NCBI GenBank assembly: GCA_965153455.1
Contig: OZ234494.1
Span: 8,060,001-8,124,000, forward strand
Length of the DNA: 64,000 nt
Source: Sphagnum compactum
Taxonomy: Eukaryota
Reading direction: 5' to 3'
In this document: positions 40,369-53,632 of the stretch, piece after piece
Layout: each line of letters starts with the position of its first letter
Position numbering within the stretch: the first letter of the stretch is position 1
Made by a program: the position numbers and the translations under genes
Notes under the pieces: model-generated
Database searches by the model: none
Seen by the model: the letters and a program-made list of their open reading frames with translations, nothing else
What the model was told of the DNA's origin: nothing

Positions 40369-43300
40369 TATGTTCTTTATGTTTTGGAATTTAATTTTTG
40401 TTGTTGAAAGTTTGGTAGAAACAAAAACAAACTATTTGTTTTGTTTAAAAACGTGAGATGCAAGGTGATTTGTTTATCCTCAAATCATGAACATAAGTGA
40501 CAACATGGGTGGAAGATATTTAGCTTGTGGCAATGGAAATTACGAGAGGCAAGCCAAGTCGAGTTCGGTGCACAATTGAAGACATAAAATAACATCATGA
40601 AGACCATAAATATGAGTCATTTTATTAGACCCTAAGTCTGCTTTTGGATTTTACATGTAATCTTAGGCATGAATTAAAGTTGGATTTGTGGGAGTTTGAA
40701 AAGGTTCGCAAATAAAAGCTACAAGTAAGAAAGGAAAAGAAAATGGCACATGTAAAATGTAAATAGAAAGTCTACAAAGAATAGTAGACATTCATGAATA
40801 AGTTCATGTTTATTAAACCTTGTTGAAACCTTGAAAGTTTTTTGTTTTTGATGTAAAAAATGTTGTAAGTATTTGAAAAAAAATTATATATATATATGTT
40901 TTATTTTCAGGATTAGTGTTTTAAATAAAACATTAATGTCAATGTTAAAAGAAGCTTATGATTCCCCTGGCACATAGTTTCCAAAAGATAGGCAACAAAC
41001 CCCATCACTTATATTAGGAGTTATTAGGCGAGGGTCACCTGTTGAAAGACTTATTGAGAGACCTATTGAAGAGCTTAAAACTATAGGTGAACCAAGTGTG
41101 TTAGTGTCACAACTACGTAGACGGATGGGAAGAATCTAAACCTCAACCTAACCTTGAACCTACGAGGCAACGCCAAAGGGTGATCACACCAAAACAACAT
41201 TTATTCATCTGGCTTAAGAAGGGGGATGCAACTCCAGACTATGCCAAAACCAATAACTTGCATGTCATGTGGAGTGGAGGCATCATTAATATTTTTTATG
41301 GCCGTGATCTTATAAATGTTGTCTTTCAATCCAAGCATTCAAATATAATAATTGCAGGGTTGAAGATGTCTAGTCCTTTTAGAGACTTGCACCAAGAAAA
41401 TAAGGAGAATTTTATTACAAATGTAATTTGGGCCATTAGGAGTTTTCTGATTCATGAAGAGAGATTGTGAAAGCTAAGTGATAATTAGTCAAAAAGAATT
41501 AATTAATTTGGTGTTATATATATATATATATTGAAAAAAATAAGACAAAATAAGAATCAACATGGTTATTCTAGTTCTTAGGGGAAGTAAGGGTGAAGAC
41601 CTTGAAATATTTTTAAAGGAATATAAGAAAGTTTGTATTGGTACAAGGCTTAAAACAACTATAGAATGGCTTAATTTTTTTCTTAAATTCTTAGATCCCA
41701 TTGGTTTGAGCGATAGATAGAAACATTGAAGGGATCATGGAATGACATAATTAAGGCCTTAGTGAAAGAATTTTATATGAAGAATATTTTCCAAAATTTA
41801 ATACTTGAACTGAATCAATAAAAGCAAGGGGTTTTAGAGTGAGTGAGAGAGTATAAGGAGAGAACAATGACATTGCATAATAAACTCCAAGGGTGTCTTA
41901 GGCCACAAGGTCATGAAGGAATTAATCCAATTTTTGCTGGAATTAATGAATTGGTGCTAAACATTTCATCATTGGTCTGATGTCAGAACTACGATAACAA
42001 ATGAAATATGAACAGGCAGAGACATTTGATGAAGCAGCAGAGGTGGCTGAAAAGAAGGAAGAAAACACGGAGGAAGTTCCATAACCAGTTGTGCAATCCA
42101 TGGAAAAGGCAGTTCAATTTTTGGTTGAACCAAAACCATGGAAGCATCTAGAAGTGAACTCTCGCATGGAGTCGGCTATTCAACAAATGATCAATCAAAT
42201 GAACTAGTTGAGCCTCCATCTATTATAGCTAAGGATTAGTAAAAACAAAAACGTTGAAAAAGACATGTTAATAATTCAATGTTACAAGTGTCGAAAGATG
42301 GGACATTATTCAAGAGAATGTCCAAACTTGCCAACCTTGTCTATCAAAGAAAACGTGGGTTCTTCTACTCAAAGGTTTTCTGCAAAGGAAAACGGCAAAG
42401 TTTAAATACATTTAATTGATGAGTGAAAGGCGAAAAAAGGTTTTGATGGGTTTAGAAAGGAACCTCAACATTCCTAAAGATGTGATTGATGTCATGGCCC
42501 AAACTAAACGACCGGTGGAAGGCACTAGTCATCCTAACATAAACATCAAAAGGTTCAAGGAAATGGTAAGAGCCCCAAAGGAAAAGAAAAAGAGCCGAAG
42601 GCGAAGGTTTGGATTTCAAGACTTTCTAATTTCTAGAGATTCTAGTCCTTATTCGGTGGTGAAGGATGTGGGTTCATAGAAAGCAAACATCACCATTGAA
42701 CAGTTAGTGGCAATGGTGCCGTCAACTCAAAGGGAATTGAGGAAAGGGTTATCAACACCTAAAATCCCAAAGGTACCCACACCTTTGAATGCCATAACAG
42801 CTGAATGTGAATGTGATCCAATCATTGATGTGCAATGTAATGGATCAATGTTATGCGGAATGTTGGTGGATGGAGGGGCAAAAGTCAATGTGATGACAAT
42901 TCCTACAATGAGATATTTAAGGTTGAAAATTGATAGACTGGCCTCTATAACCCTAAAAATGGCTAACGAACGAGTTGTTAGGCCAGAAGGAGTAAATAAT
43001 AGTGTTGAAATCACAGTAATGAGTGTTTCCACCATTGTGGATTTCCATGTGGTATTGGAGGAAGATGGGCCTTATCCAATGATATTAGATAGGCCTTGGT
43101 CAACAAAGTCACATGCTAGGAATTATTGGGGCGAAGGATACATGACCAGTGGAGTTCATCCTAATCGGCAGAAAGTTCTATTTGCAAACTTTGTGAAGAG
43201 CTTTAGAGGAACGAGTGAGTATGATGATGAATCAGAAATAGACCAAAGTTTTAGTTCTAAAGGGATTTACATAGATGATTCCAATGAAGAGGAAATATGG

Positions 43301-46297
43301 TTATATGCTTTGGAAACAATCCCCAAGGTTGGAGCTTTGTCTCAGACAGATCAAAAAGTTCGAGGGGAAAATGACCAATCAATTCCACACATGTTGATAG
43401 AAGGAGAAATCGTGGAACGGGTGAACAAGATTCAACTAGGACCAAACCTTTGCCCTGAGGAAAGAAGGCAATATGATGATTTACAGCGTAAATATATCAA
43501 TCTGTTTGCTTTCAGCTACAAGGACCTTAGGGAAGTCATCATGGAACAACAAAAAATTGAATTGTTACCAAATGCCAAACTGATCAGGACTAAGCAAGGG
43601 AGGTAAAATTCAAAATACATTACAATGGTGAAGGAGGAACTTGATAAACTGTTGGAAGCAGGGTTCATTAGACCTGTGGAGACAATTGGATGGGTTTCTC
43701 CTATGGTATTAACATTAAAAAAAAATGATAAGTTAAGGGTATGTGTCAATTACAAAGCTTTAAACAAAGTAACTAAGAAAGATCGATACCCTTTGCCATT
43801 TTGTGAAGAAATTTTGGAGGAGGTAGAAAAGCACAAGATGTACACATTTGGAGATGGGTACAGGGTTACCACTAAGTGAAAATTGTTTTGGAGGATCAAT
43901 TGAAGACCACATTCACCACACCATGGGGAACATTTTGTTACACAATAATGCCCTTTGGTTTGTGTAATGCTCCATGGACATTTCAACGTTTGATGAACAA
44001 TGTCTTTGAACCATTATTGCGCCTTTTTCTACGAGTTTTCGTTAACAACTTTGGGGTCTATAGTGATAAAAATTCTCACCATACCAAACTTGAATTAGTC
44101 TTTCAACACTTGGATGGTTCAGGAGTGATTTTGAGCCCTGAGAAAACCATAATTGGTTTTTCAAAAGGGAAGATGGTTGGACACATTGTGTCAAAGAACG
44201 GGGTAGCCATAGATCCCGAAAAGCTTGATTGGATTTCAAAGCTCCTTTTCCGCATCACAAAGAAAGTCCTTCGAAATTTTTTGGGGATGGTGGGTTATTA
44301 TCGAAGGTTCATACACATGTTTGCGGCAAAAGCACGTCATTTAACACGATTCTTGCATGAAGATGCACCTACACCAATGGAGGATGGCATCAAAACGTGC
44401 ATTTGAACAACTCAAATTAACTTTTCAAGTTGCACCAATCCCTTAAACTCCAAATTGGAACAAACGATTTTTAGTATATTGTGATGCATTTGGAGAATCA
44501 GTGGGGAGCACACTGTCCCAATTGGACAAACTAGGCATGACCATCTCATTCATTTTAATAGCAGATAATTAACTTCAGCAAAGAAAAATTATACTATGAT
44601 CGAATAAGGTCTTGTAGTTATTTTATCTCTTAAAAAGTTTTGCCATTACTTGTTGGGGTACAAGGCCAGAATTGTGATAGATCACAAGGCCTTAACCTAC
44701 TTGGTCAACAAGTCCAATCCAAGTGGTTGACTTGCTCAATGGTTACAGTTAATGGAGGAATTTGACATTGATATTGTCCATCGTTCAGGAAGGCGGCATG
44801 GTAATGTTGATGGCCTTACAAGGGCATACGAAGGAGTGGGTGATGTTTCAAAGGATGGTGACTTTTCAGATGCAACAATAATGACCATCAATGTATAAAA
44901 AACGCCTAAAGAATACCAAGAAATCATTCAATATTTGGATGGCATGAGGTTTCCAGTTGGAGGCACAAAGGTGATGCGAACACGAATCATGCACAAAAGT
45001 CGAAATTATTCGATAATAAGCGACCAACTTTATTTCCAAGGAAGAGATGATGTTTTGCGACGAACCATTGAAAAGGGTGAAACCTCATGTCTTTTGTATG
45101 AATTTCATGATGGGTTTTATGGGGTCCATTTTGTAGGACAAATCACAGCAAAAAAGATTTTGTAGGCAGGTTATTACTAGCCCACCCTCTTCAAGGATGC
45201 CCATGATTATTGTAGAAGTTGTGATGTATGTTAAGCTTATGCACAAAGGTCTATTGTGAGTGGCCCTTTACACCCTATACCACCTTTGGGACCTTTTGAA
45301 AAATGGGAAATTGATTTAATGGGGCCATTGCCAGTGACTATGAGAGGGCATCAATTCATTGTGGTTGCCATAGACTGCTTCACAAAGTTTGCAAAAGTAC
45401 GTGCCTTGAAATCCTTAGTGAAACAAAAAATAACATGATTTTTGTATGAATGAATCTTTACTCAATTTGGGACACCACTCGAAATTGTTTCTAATAATGG
45501 TCCTCAATTTTTGAGTGAGGTTGTGGGAAACTTGTTAGCACACCTTGCAGTGAAACATAAGTTTACCACTATGTATAGACCTAGCATTAATGGCCTAGTA
45601 AAAAAGATCAATAGGACATTGTGTTCCATGTTGACAAAAGAGGTTGAGGTTCATGTGAACATTTGTGATTGGGATCTCAAGATCCACCATGTTGTGTAGG
45701 TTTACAACATCACATACAAAACTGCCAGAGGGTATTCACCTTTTCGTTTAACCTATGGGATGGAGGCGTTTATACCCATTGAGCTAGAAGTAATGATTTT
45801 ACGGACTGCCACAACGATGAGACTTCCTTTATGAATCCCAACGCCATCAATTGTTGTAACTTAATGAGTTGGACGAATTGTAATTGAGAGCCCACCAATC
45901 CATTGAAATTGCGCAAACTCAACAAAAGAAGGCTTTTGACAAGAATATGAAAAAAAAGGAGTTCAAAAAAGATGACCTTGTCATGATGTTTGATAATCGA
46001 CATTATCGTAGGGCTTATAAGAAATTATTGCCCAAATGTTTTGGACCTTTTGTTATCAAGAAGGTGTTTGCAAATAATGCATCTTATGAGCTTGAAAATG
46101 TCAATGGCTCACCATATCTAGATCGAATTAATCATGACAAATTGAAAAAAAATTTGGATATGTGATTCCGAAGACGGAATCCATAATGAGTTTGGGAGTG
46201 ATGTAATTGGATGTAGTTGAACTATTACCTATGTAATTATTTAACGAGTAAGTTTGGTGATTTACTTGTTGGTAGGGTTTCATTATGATTTGGTCAT

Positions 46298-46475
46298 GGT
46301 GTATTGACTTTCACATGATAATTTATGTGAAAGTCATGTGAAAAGTCTTTGGCACATGGTGTATTGACTTTTATATGATAATTATGTGAAAGTCATGTGA
46401 AAAGTTTTTGGCACATTAAGGTGCATTGACTTTGACATGATATTTTATGTGAAAGTCATGTGAAAAAATATTTGT
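46298..46475. repeat. Same palindromic array in the 3' LTR: 3 units
   Basis: Three ...tgactttcacatgataatttatgtgaaagtcatgtgaaaag... units. Confidence 0.9.
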
Positions 46476-46861
46476 CATTTTATTATGCATATGAAATCAC
46501 ATGGGGAGCCATGGGGAGCCATGTGATATGTAGATTTTATGAAATTTTTTGTTTAGTTTCCTTTTGGTTAGTATATAAGTGAATGTTTGTGACCTTTAGA
46601 AGCACCTTCACTTTATAGAAATAATTGTTGTATGAATGAAAAGTTCCATGGAATATAATTGTGAAAGGAATTGAAATTTTTGTTTTGAAAGGTTTTGGTA
46701 TAGTTTATGTGAAGTTCATGGTAGGAAAATGTTGTGGCATACTAATTATACATAGACAATAAAAAGGTGAGAAAACATTTATGCAACAAGAACATAGATT
46801 TCCATAGCTATGTAGTAAACATACATAGTTTCGATTTTAACCGACTTGTGAGTTACAGGTG

Positions 46862-47300
46862 CATTCACACTCTTTGTATTTTTTGTTTTTGAAGGAGCCA
46901 TATCGATTGTTCCTTCACCATTTTTTTGGAAAATGGAGTACACCCCAATAGAAACACCTCTTTGGACCACCCATGGCAAAATGGAAACAAATGCACTCCT
47001 TATGGCCCACCTTCTTTGTTTATATACATGAGAATTGAACTTTGGGCAAACTGTATGGGATAAAATGCTATTGGGAACATCTTAGGAAATAACTCGGGGA
47101 ACTCTTTGAGAACCTCAAGGAACATGATGGGAACAAGGGAGTATTAAAATCCTTGTTCATTCTTGCTCCCAAGGGAAAGTTTAGACCTCTCATAAAGGGA
47201 TGTTGAGCCTTCTGATTGGTTACATGAAACTTTTATTTCCAAAATGATTTGTCACCATTTTTGGCCTAGGTTAATGGCAAGGGCACAAATTGTGAAACAT
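46862..47300 (+). repeat. Dispersed repeat family C, interrupted by the gypsy element (left part at about 39390-39435)
   Basis: Shares tcatattaattagtt, gctattgggaacat and ggcctagg(c/t)taatggca motifs with 55655-56070 and 38490-38690, and in reverse with 26670-26745. Confidence 0.6.
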
Positions 47301-48515
47301 AAGTATTACAATAATAACTTGTTGATATGTTAGCATCTCCTACAACTTCATTTGGGTTTTTTTCCTTTTTTTTATCCTTTTTAAAATGTTGCTGTTTCTT
47401 AAGCCCCTTGAACCTAAAAGCCCATGACCATCAAAAATAAAATCTATGGTTGAAAGAAAATAATTTCAAGGTTCAAATTCATTTTACACAAGAGTTCAAG
47501 GATCAAGAGATCAAGGAAATGTAAATGGATAAAAAATCAGCAATAATGCATTATGAATAATGTTTCATGGTCTAAAGGACTTGATGCTAGGCCTACCTCA
47601 TGGGTCTAGACGTGGGTCTACAAACATTTTGTCATAGTATTTTCTCAAATTTTTAAATTATTTTTTGAAGGTGGGTGCAAAGACTGTTAACCCATGGGCC
47701 AAAAAAACTAGGATTGGTTGGATTTTTTAAAACATAATTCTTCTTTTAAAATTTACTAATCTTTTTAGCTAGACTTTAAGTTTGTTAGCCCGTGGTCCAA
47801 AAAATCCATGGTTAGTTGAATTTTTTATCAAAAAAGTTTCTCATTTTTTTAATAATAAAATTAAAAAAGGTGGGTGTGAAGTTTGTTAGTCCTTGGGCCA
47901 AAAAAGTCGTGGATTTGTCACTTTTTTTTTCATGTTTTTCTCTTCTAGGATCCATGGTGATCGTATGTATTGAAATGAAGAAAGTAAAGAAAGAAGAAAT
48001 GGAAGGAAAGTGAAAAAGAAATGAAAAACTCTAAATCAATAGTAAAAACAAGTTACATAAAACATCACGTTAAAAATCAAATTTTAGATAAAATAATTAG
48101 TTACAACCCAGACCCACACATAAATGATTTCTAAATTTTCATGGGCCAGCCTTGTGTTTTCAGGGCTCTCAACATTTCTATGGTCACAGTCCCTCACCAT
48201 AGTGTCTTTGTTTTTGAGGTGGTTGTTGGTGCTTCTCCAAAATTGATTACTATCTAATCTAATCAGATGGGGGCAAAAGGAATAAACAACAATAGATTTG
48301 CTATTTTGTTGTTATTGTTGCAACAACTTCTCCAATAGGTAGGGTGTTCTTAGGAAGGGCTATTAGTGCAGGCCAAAAATAATGGCAGCCAAATTTAGGA
48401 ATAGAATTTCCATGCAACCAATGAGAAGTCCCGTCATGGAGTGATGAAGGGTGCTCCTGTTTCTCTTGTGGGTAAGAGGGAGGGAGAGGGGGCTTTTTTA
48501 TTGGCTTTGTCCTAC

Positions 48516-48806
48516 CAAGGCAAGGATATTGTGTTTAGATTCATTATAGAGTATAGTAGCTTAAGGGATTTTAATAGGCCCCTAGGTAATAGAGTCTATT
48601 TTGATATGAGGATTTTTGAAAGAATATATTTTGGGTTGTGTTGAAACTTGAGATTAGTTGTAGAGTTATAATATCTTGAGGGATTTTGGTTTCTTTTAGA
48701 GGATTTTTGGAAGATTATATTTTTGCATGATGAAATATTAGAGAATCCATAATTCTTCTTTTGCCTTAAGATACTTTTTAGCAAGGCCAGAGTGTGACAC
48801 ACCCCA
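48516..48806 (+). repeat. Dispersed repeat family B
   Basis: caaggcaaggatattgtgtttagattc...gcaaggccagagtgtgacacacccc; multiple copies in the window. Confidence 0.85.
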
Positions 48807-50149
48807 GTAGAAGCACGCATGAAAAGTCAACTGGCCATGTTCCACAAAGAGTTCCAATTGCTGCTTCGTTGTTGTTGTTTTTGTTATTTGCAGATTTGTC
48901 AGCAAACCAGGTTGGATCGAGTCATGAAAAATATCTACTGAGATTAACACGGAAAGTTTGGTGACCAAGCACGTCCTGAAACTTGGACTGAAAGAATGAA
49001 GCGACAGCAAGAAGACGCGCATGCGGTGCAGCGTGCGAAATCCACGCGCCTTATTTCTCCACCCGGCCTTTCATTCGTCGCCGGCGCGCGGTGGGCACGT
49101 CCCCCGACCACGTCGTACACCACGTCTCAGATGGTGAAAGTACAGTTCCAGAAAGTCTCCACCCCCCCGCCCCCCCCCACACACACACTTGGCGAAACAC
49201 ACCCCAACTGGCTATACCCGATCGTATGTATTCCAAATGCTAACTCGTATTCGTATGCCTTATGTCTACCACAGGCTACTTGTATTCGTCAAATTCCTAA
49301 GAGTATTTTATACGGAAGGGTGGTAGGTATTCAGTTTCTCTCTACGACTCAAAATCTTCCTCCGTAAAGGAAAACGGTCCCGTGACAATTCCAGAGCGAC
49401 TCGCTCACTGCTTGCTTTGCGTGCGCACGCCTCCCGAGTCGTTGGAATTGGGACGAAGGGAGAGAGAGCGCGAAGGTGCGGGTGCCGGGTGTGGATCTGC
49501 GGGCCGTTGCTGGTCGAGATTTGCCAGATTTATTGGGAGAGGAACATTCTCCAAACGATCCTCTGAGGTATAATGAGGATTGGGGGCGGCGGCAGGGTAG
49601 AACGCCTTCGTGCATGCAAGCGTTGCATAAAGGACCTGTACTAAATATGATTCATGCCAGCTTTTAATGCGAATTGTGCACTACCCCCACACATTCCGCC
49701 ATAAGCGCGCGCGCGCGTGTGAACTCCGGAAGGCAAAATGAGGATGCTGATTTTCATGTGAATGCAGAGCTTGTACATGTCGAAATAGCCAGTGTTGGGG
49801 GCCCGGTTGCTGTGAGTTCTGACCCGGTTATCAACCCAGTTGTACCAGTAGGTTATTAATAACCTACCGGCTGGTTATTGATTTCTTTATAATCGATTAA
49901 AAACCTAATAATTTGGTGTTATTTTTCTAATAACCGACCTGGATGACCTGGTTATCATTGAGGTAGAGTGTCAATCTTAAAGGAATGAACATTTTTATGA
50001 CAGAAAACCGGGGAATTATTTTTTTTTTGAAAAAACTCTTAAAACCTTATAACTGAAAATGAAGCATTTTTCATGGAAAAATGTCCAAAAATCGCCAGAT
50101 TTTGAATTTTTTTTTCCCCAAGTTGCTAGTTTTTTATGATAAGTTGTAA

Positions 50150-50526
50150 GAGCATCTCCAGCAGTGCTCAGTATGTGCCCCTGCAAAAATATTTTTCACA
50201 TCCAAGTTTAGTTATATACGTTTTTGCAAACCCACCTATAAAATTGAAACTGGGATAGCAAAATAGGTGGAGGACTACTAATAGCAAACCACCTGGACCA
50301 ATCATTATGATGGGCCAATCAGAAGCACTGAGCAGCAGTCAGATCATACTTATTACACTCTCTTTGTGCAAGGTGCACACCGTCCCTGCGCCTTTCACCA
50401 GCCAACACAAACTGTGCAATTATGCGGAGCCAAAACCATTTTCCTCAGCCAAGCCGGCATGTTCTGAATTTTCTTCATCCAAATTTAGTGTGCAGGATCA
50501 CATACTGAGCACCGCTGGAGATGCTC
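50150..50526. mobile_element. Tourist / PIF-Harbinger MITE
   Basis: 36-bp TIRs GAGCATCTCCAGCAGTGCTCAGTATGTGCCCCTGCA / reverse complement GAGCATCTCCAGCGGTGCTCAGTATGTGATCCTGCA, with TAA TSD (50147-50149 and 50527-50529). Confidence 0.92.
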
Positions 50527-51694
50527 TAAGTGGGTAAGCCAAGAATATAAAAAAGGATTCCTTTTAAAAAAAATACTTTCATTATCTAGTATGTAGCCTA
50601 ATTTGGCTAAATTGTTGGCTACATCACAACACTAAAAGAAACCCTGGTTCAGGAGTATACACTAAACACTAACATTTGAGGCTAGCTAGCTAGTTCCTTA
50701 CATACTAGAGCTCTTTATGAAAGTCCACGTTTGTCAGTACTCCTGCTCTTAATAAGCTCCTCACCTAGAATCTTTCTATCAAGATCTGCTCTGGTGGCAG
50801 GCAAATCTCATCACTCTGGCTTCTGGGTCTTGAATAGGATTGAGGATTGAGTTCGTTCCAGTAATGATTCACCAGCTGCCTGTTACCTTCACTAGAACTG
50901 AACCCAAAAACCTCCATTTCTGCTTTCGCCATTCGGAAGCCACAACAGGCAGGCAGACACATGTTGTTAGGCCAGACCACAGCTAGCGCTCTCTCTCTCT
51001 CATCACCTGCAGTCCTGTACATGTTGTAAAAGCTGTGCTTGGTTTTCTTCTATTGCTGAAATCAAAAAAGCTTTCTCATTCTTTAGAGAAAATTCACAAT
51101 TTCTTGCACAGTAGAAACCTTATCTCCATGCTAGTAGAGTCTGCAATTTGGTTGGGGGACAGCTGACGACTGGAGTTTCTTGTACCCTGCATTCCCAGTA
51201 AATCACAGATCTTGTACAAGTATTGTAGTAGTCTTAGGCAAGGTTGGCCAGAGGTGCACCAGCACCTACCAGCGCTTCATGCCAGGATGGATGATGTGTG
51301 GACAGAAAAATAACTTTTCATTGGTATTCTCATCCCATCCGTGATTTGAGATCTGTGCCTGAGGCTGCTAATCCACATTGTACATCCATCATTCACATGG
51401 ATTAACCAGTGTTGGCAGGTTATCCAGTTTACAATGTTAAATATGGGGGTAGTAGGCAAGTTTTTTTTATAATAATTTTATATAATTTTAAAAAAAAGTT
51501 GACAGAGTAGTCTGAACTTTACAAGCAAATATTAGTTTTAATTAAATACAAAACTCCATACCTATATAAATATCAGTTTTAAATTTGTTGTAAGAATGAA
51601 GAAATGTTAGATTTGGACTTTAGAGACCACCCTGATTCAGTCTAATCTTGGGATCTTTATAATAATAATGTAAAAGCAGTGATTTTTGGCCTTG

Positions 51695-52000
51695 CCTATA
51701 TTGTGTTTAGATTCATTATAGAGTATAGTAGCTTTAAGGGATTTTGGCCCCTAGGTAATAATAAATAATAGGTCTATTTTTACATGAGAATTTTTGAAAG
51801 ATGATAATTTTGGCTTGTGTTGAAACTTGAGATTATTTATATAGTTATAATATCTTGAAGGATTTTGGTTTCTTTTAGAGGATTTTTTGAAGACTATATT
51901 TTTGCATGGTGAAATATTTGAGTTTCCATAATTCTTCTTTTGCCTTAAGATACTTTTTAATTAATGTAAATGGCAAGGTTGCAGTGTGACACACCCCTTG
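51695..52000 (+). repeat. Dispersed repeat family B
   Basis: atattgtgtttagattcattatagagtatagtagc...ggcaaggttgcagtgtgacacaccccttg. Confidence 0.85.
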
Positions 52001-53207
52001 TTACCATGGTGTCGGCGTGGGTGCCGGCTGGTTTGCCCAAGGCTGTGTAATGTGCAGATGAAACCAGACTTGGTTTTCAAAGTGGGCTCAAAGGTTCTTG
52101 AATGTACCAAAACTGAGACCATAGGTCTGAAAATTGAATTTTTGCCCCAATTTTTTTTTTAATTGTGATTTTTTACCCTTGCAAAAGTTCCAATTTCATA
52201 TTTTCATCATGTTTGTACCATTGTTGGATTGGTATTGTACCATACCATACCATACCATACCATAATGGAAATGGTATACATGGCCCACACCTTCTGAAGT
52301 TTTTGAGACTAGTGAAACGTTGGTATTGAGAGAATTCTAATATTCAATTCCATGGTATTATCCATAATTCATTATTTGTGTAATGTTATACTAGTATCAA
52401 TATCACAAACTCTAGAAATTGATACCATTTCATGGCTTTATCAATATTAGTCTAATTGTTGTACATCATTACATATTGATACTATTTTCCCAATTAATTT
52501 AAAAACATTGAATGTCAAGGTTGGTTTGCATGTCAACATTGTTTAGTTATTTAGTTTTAGAGGTAATTTAAGGATACCAATAAAACAGATTTTAAATTTT
52601 TTGTAGATGGGAAGGATATGTATGAAAAAGAAATCCATCTATTACATAAGCTAGTTACAAATTCAGTTTTTTTTCTTTCTTTGGTGGTTACAAATATGTT
52701 GGTTTTCAGTTTATGAAATGTGAAAGACATGTACAAAGGTTATGCATACCAAATTTTCCAATTGTGGTTGTTTATAAAAATACTTGAAATAATGCAACCT
52801 AGTCTACAATAACTAAAAAATAATAATAACTTAAATTAAAAAAATTTAACTTGCAAGTGAATTGAATCATGTTTCTTTGGCAAACTTTGCCCAATTGCAA
52901 CACAAGTATTCTACCCCAACCACACCCTACACAATTAATCAACACCAACCTATAAATGTTCAAAAATATTAGTTGATTCTATCAAATTATAATTTTCCTT
53001 TGCCAAATAATCTTCCACTTTAATGTAGTCCTTCAAATCTAAATTCAACATGTAATTCAAATGCAAGTCATCAAGCCAATTCATAACTATAGTGATAATT
53101 CAATCCATGTTTTTCACCTAGAAACAATGTTGTTTTAAAGTTTTTAACACCCTAGCAATCTTCAAGAAACATATGTTATGCTTTTCCTTTTTTGTAGAGG
53201 GACTGTG

Positions 53208-53632
53208 GCACAAAAATGTAATGATTGCATAATCAAATGGACCCATTTTTTTCTTTCTTGATAGCTAGGTTGACTATGATCATGCTTTTCATTGAACCAC
53301 AACTTCCTCTAAGCAAACAACTTAGGAGGTGCACATTCCACACAAATCTTCATAGTAGTTATGCCATTCGTTTTGTTATAATTAATGAGACCCTACAAGT
53401 TTTAGTAAAATTTTGTGATACCAAATCATTTTTTTGTAAAGGTTTGTTGCACAAAAATGTAGAGATTGCACAACCAAATGGACCCACCTTTTCTTTCTTG
53501 GTAGCTACATCAACTATGATCATGTTTTTCATTGAACCACAACTTCCTCTAAGCAAACAATTAGCAAGTGCACATTTCACAAGAGTTTTCATAAAAGTCA
53601 TACCATTTGTTTTATTGTATTTAATGAGACCT
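53208..53632. repeat. Diverged tandem duplication, period ~241 bp
   Basis: gcacaaaaatgta...caaatggaccca...cattgaaccacaacttcctctaagcaaacaa occurs at 53208 and 53449. Confidence 0.8.

Larger units (their letters stand above)
39436..46857 (+). mobile_element. Full-length, decayed Ty3/gypsy LTR retrotransposon (non-chromovirus)
   Basis: LTRs at 39436-40338 and 46202-46857 both run TGTAA...TTACA, with TSD GGTG (39432-39435 and 46858-46861). Domain order is gag (CYKCRKMGHYSREC, ~42280), protease (LVDGGAKVN, ~42863), RT (CVNYKALN...MPFGLCNAP...FVNNF), RNase H (YCDAF...VIDHKAL), integrase (PFEKWEIDLMGP, SNNGPQF, NGLV) and FGPF. There is no chromodomain, and there are many stops and frameshifts. Confidence 0.95.

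Noticed and set aside
50975..51010. miR156/529/535-like site (gctagcgctctctctctcatca)
   Set aside because: The similarity is limited to the CT microsatellite; there is no hairpin partner or SPL context.
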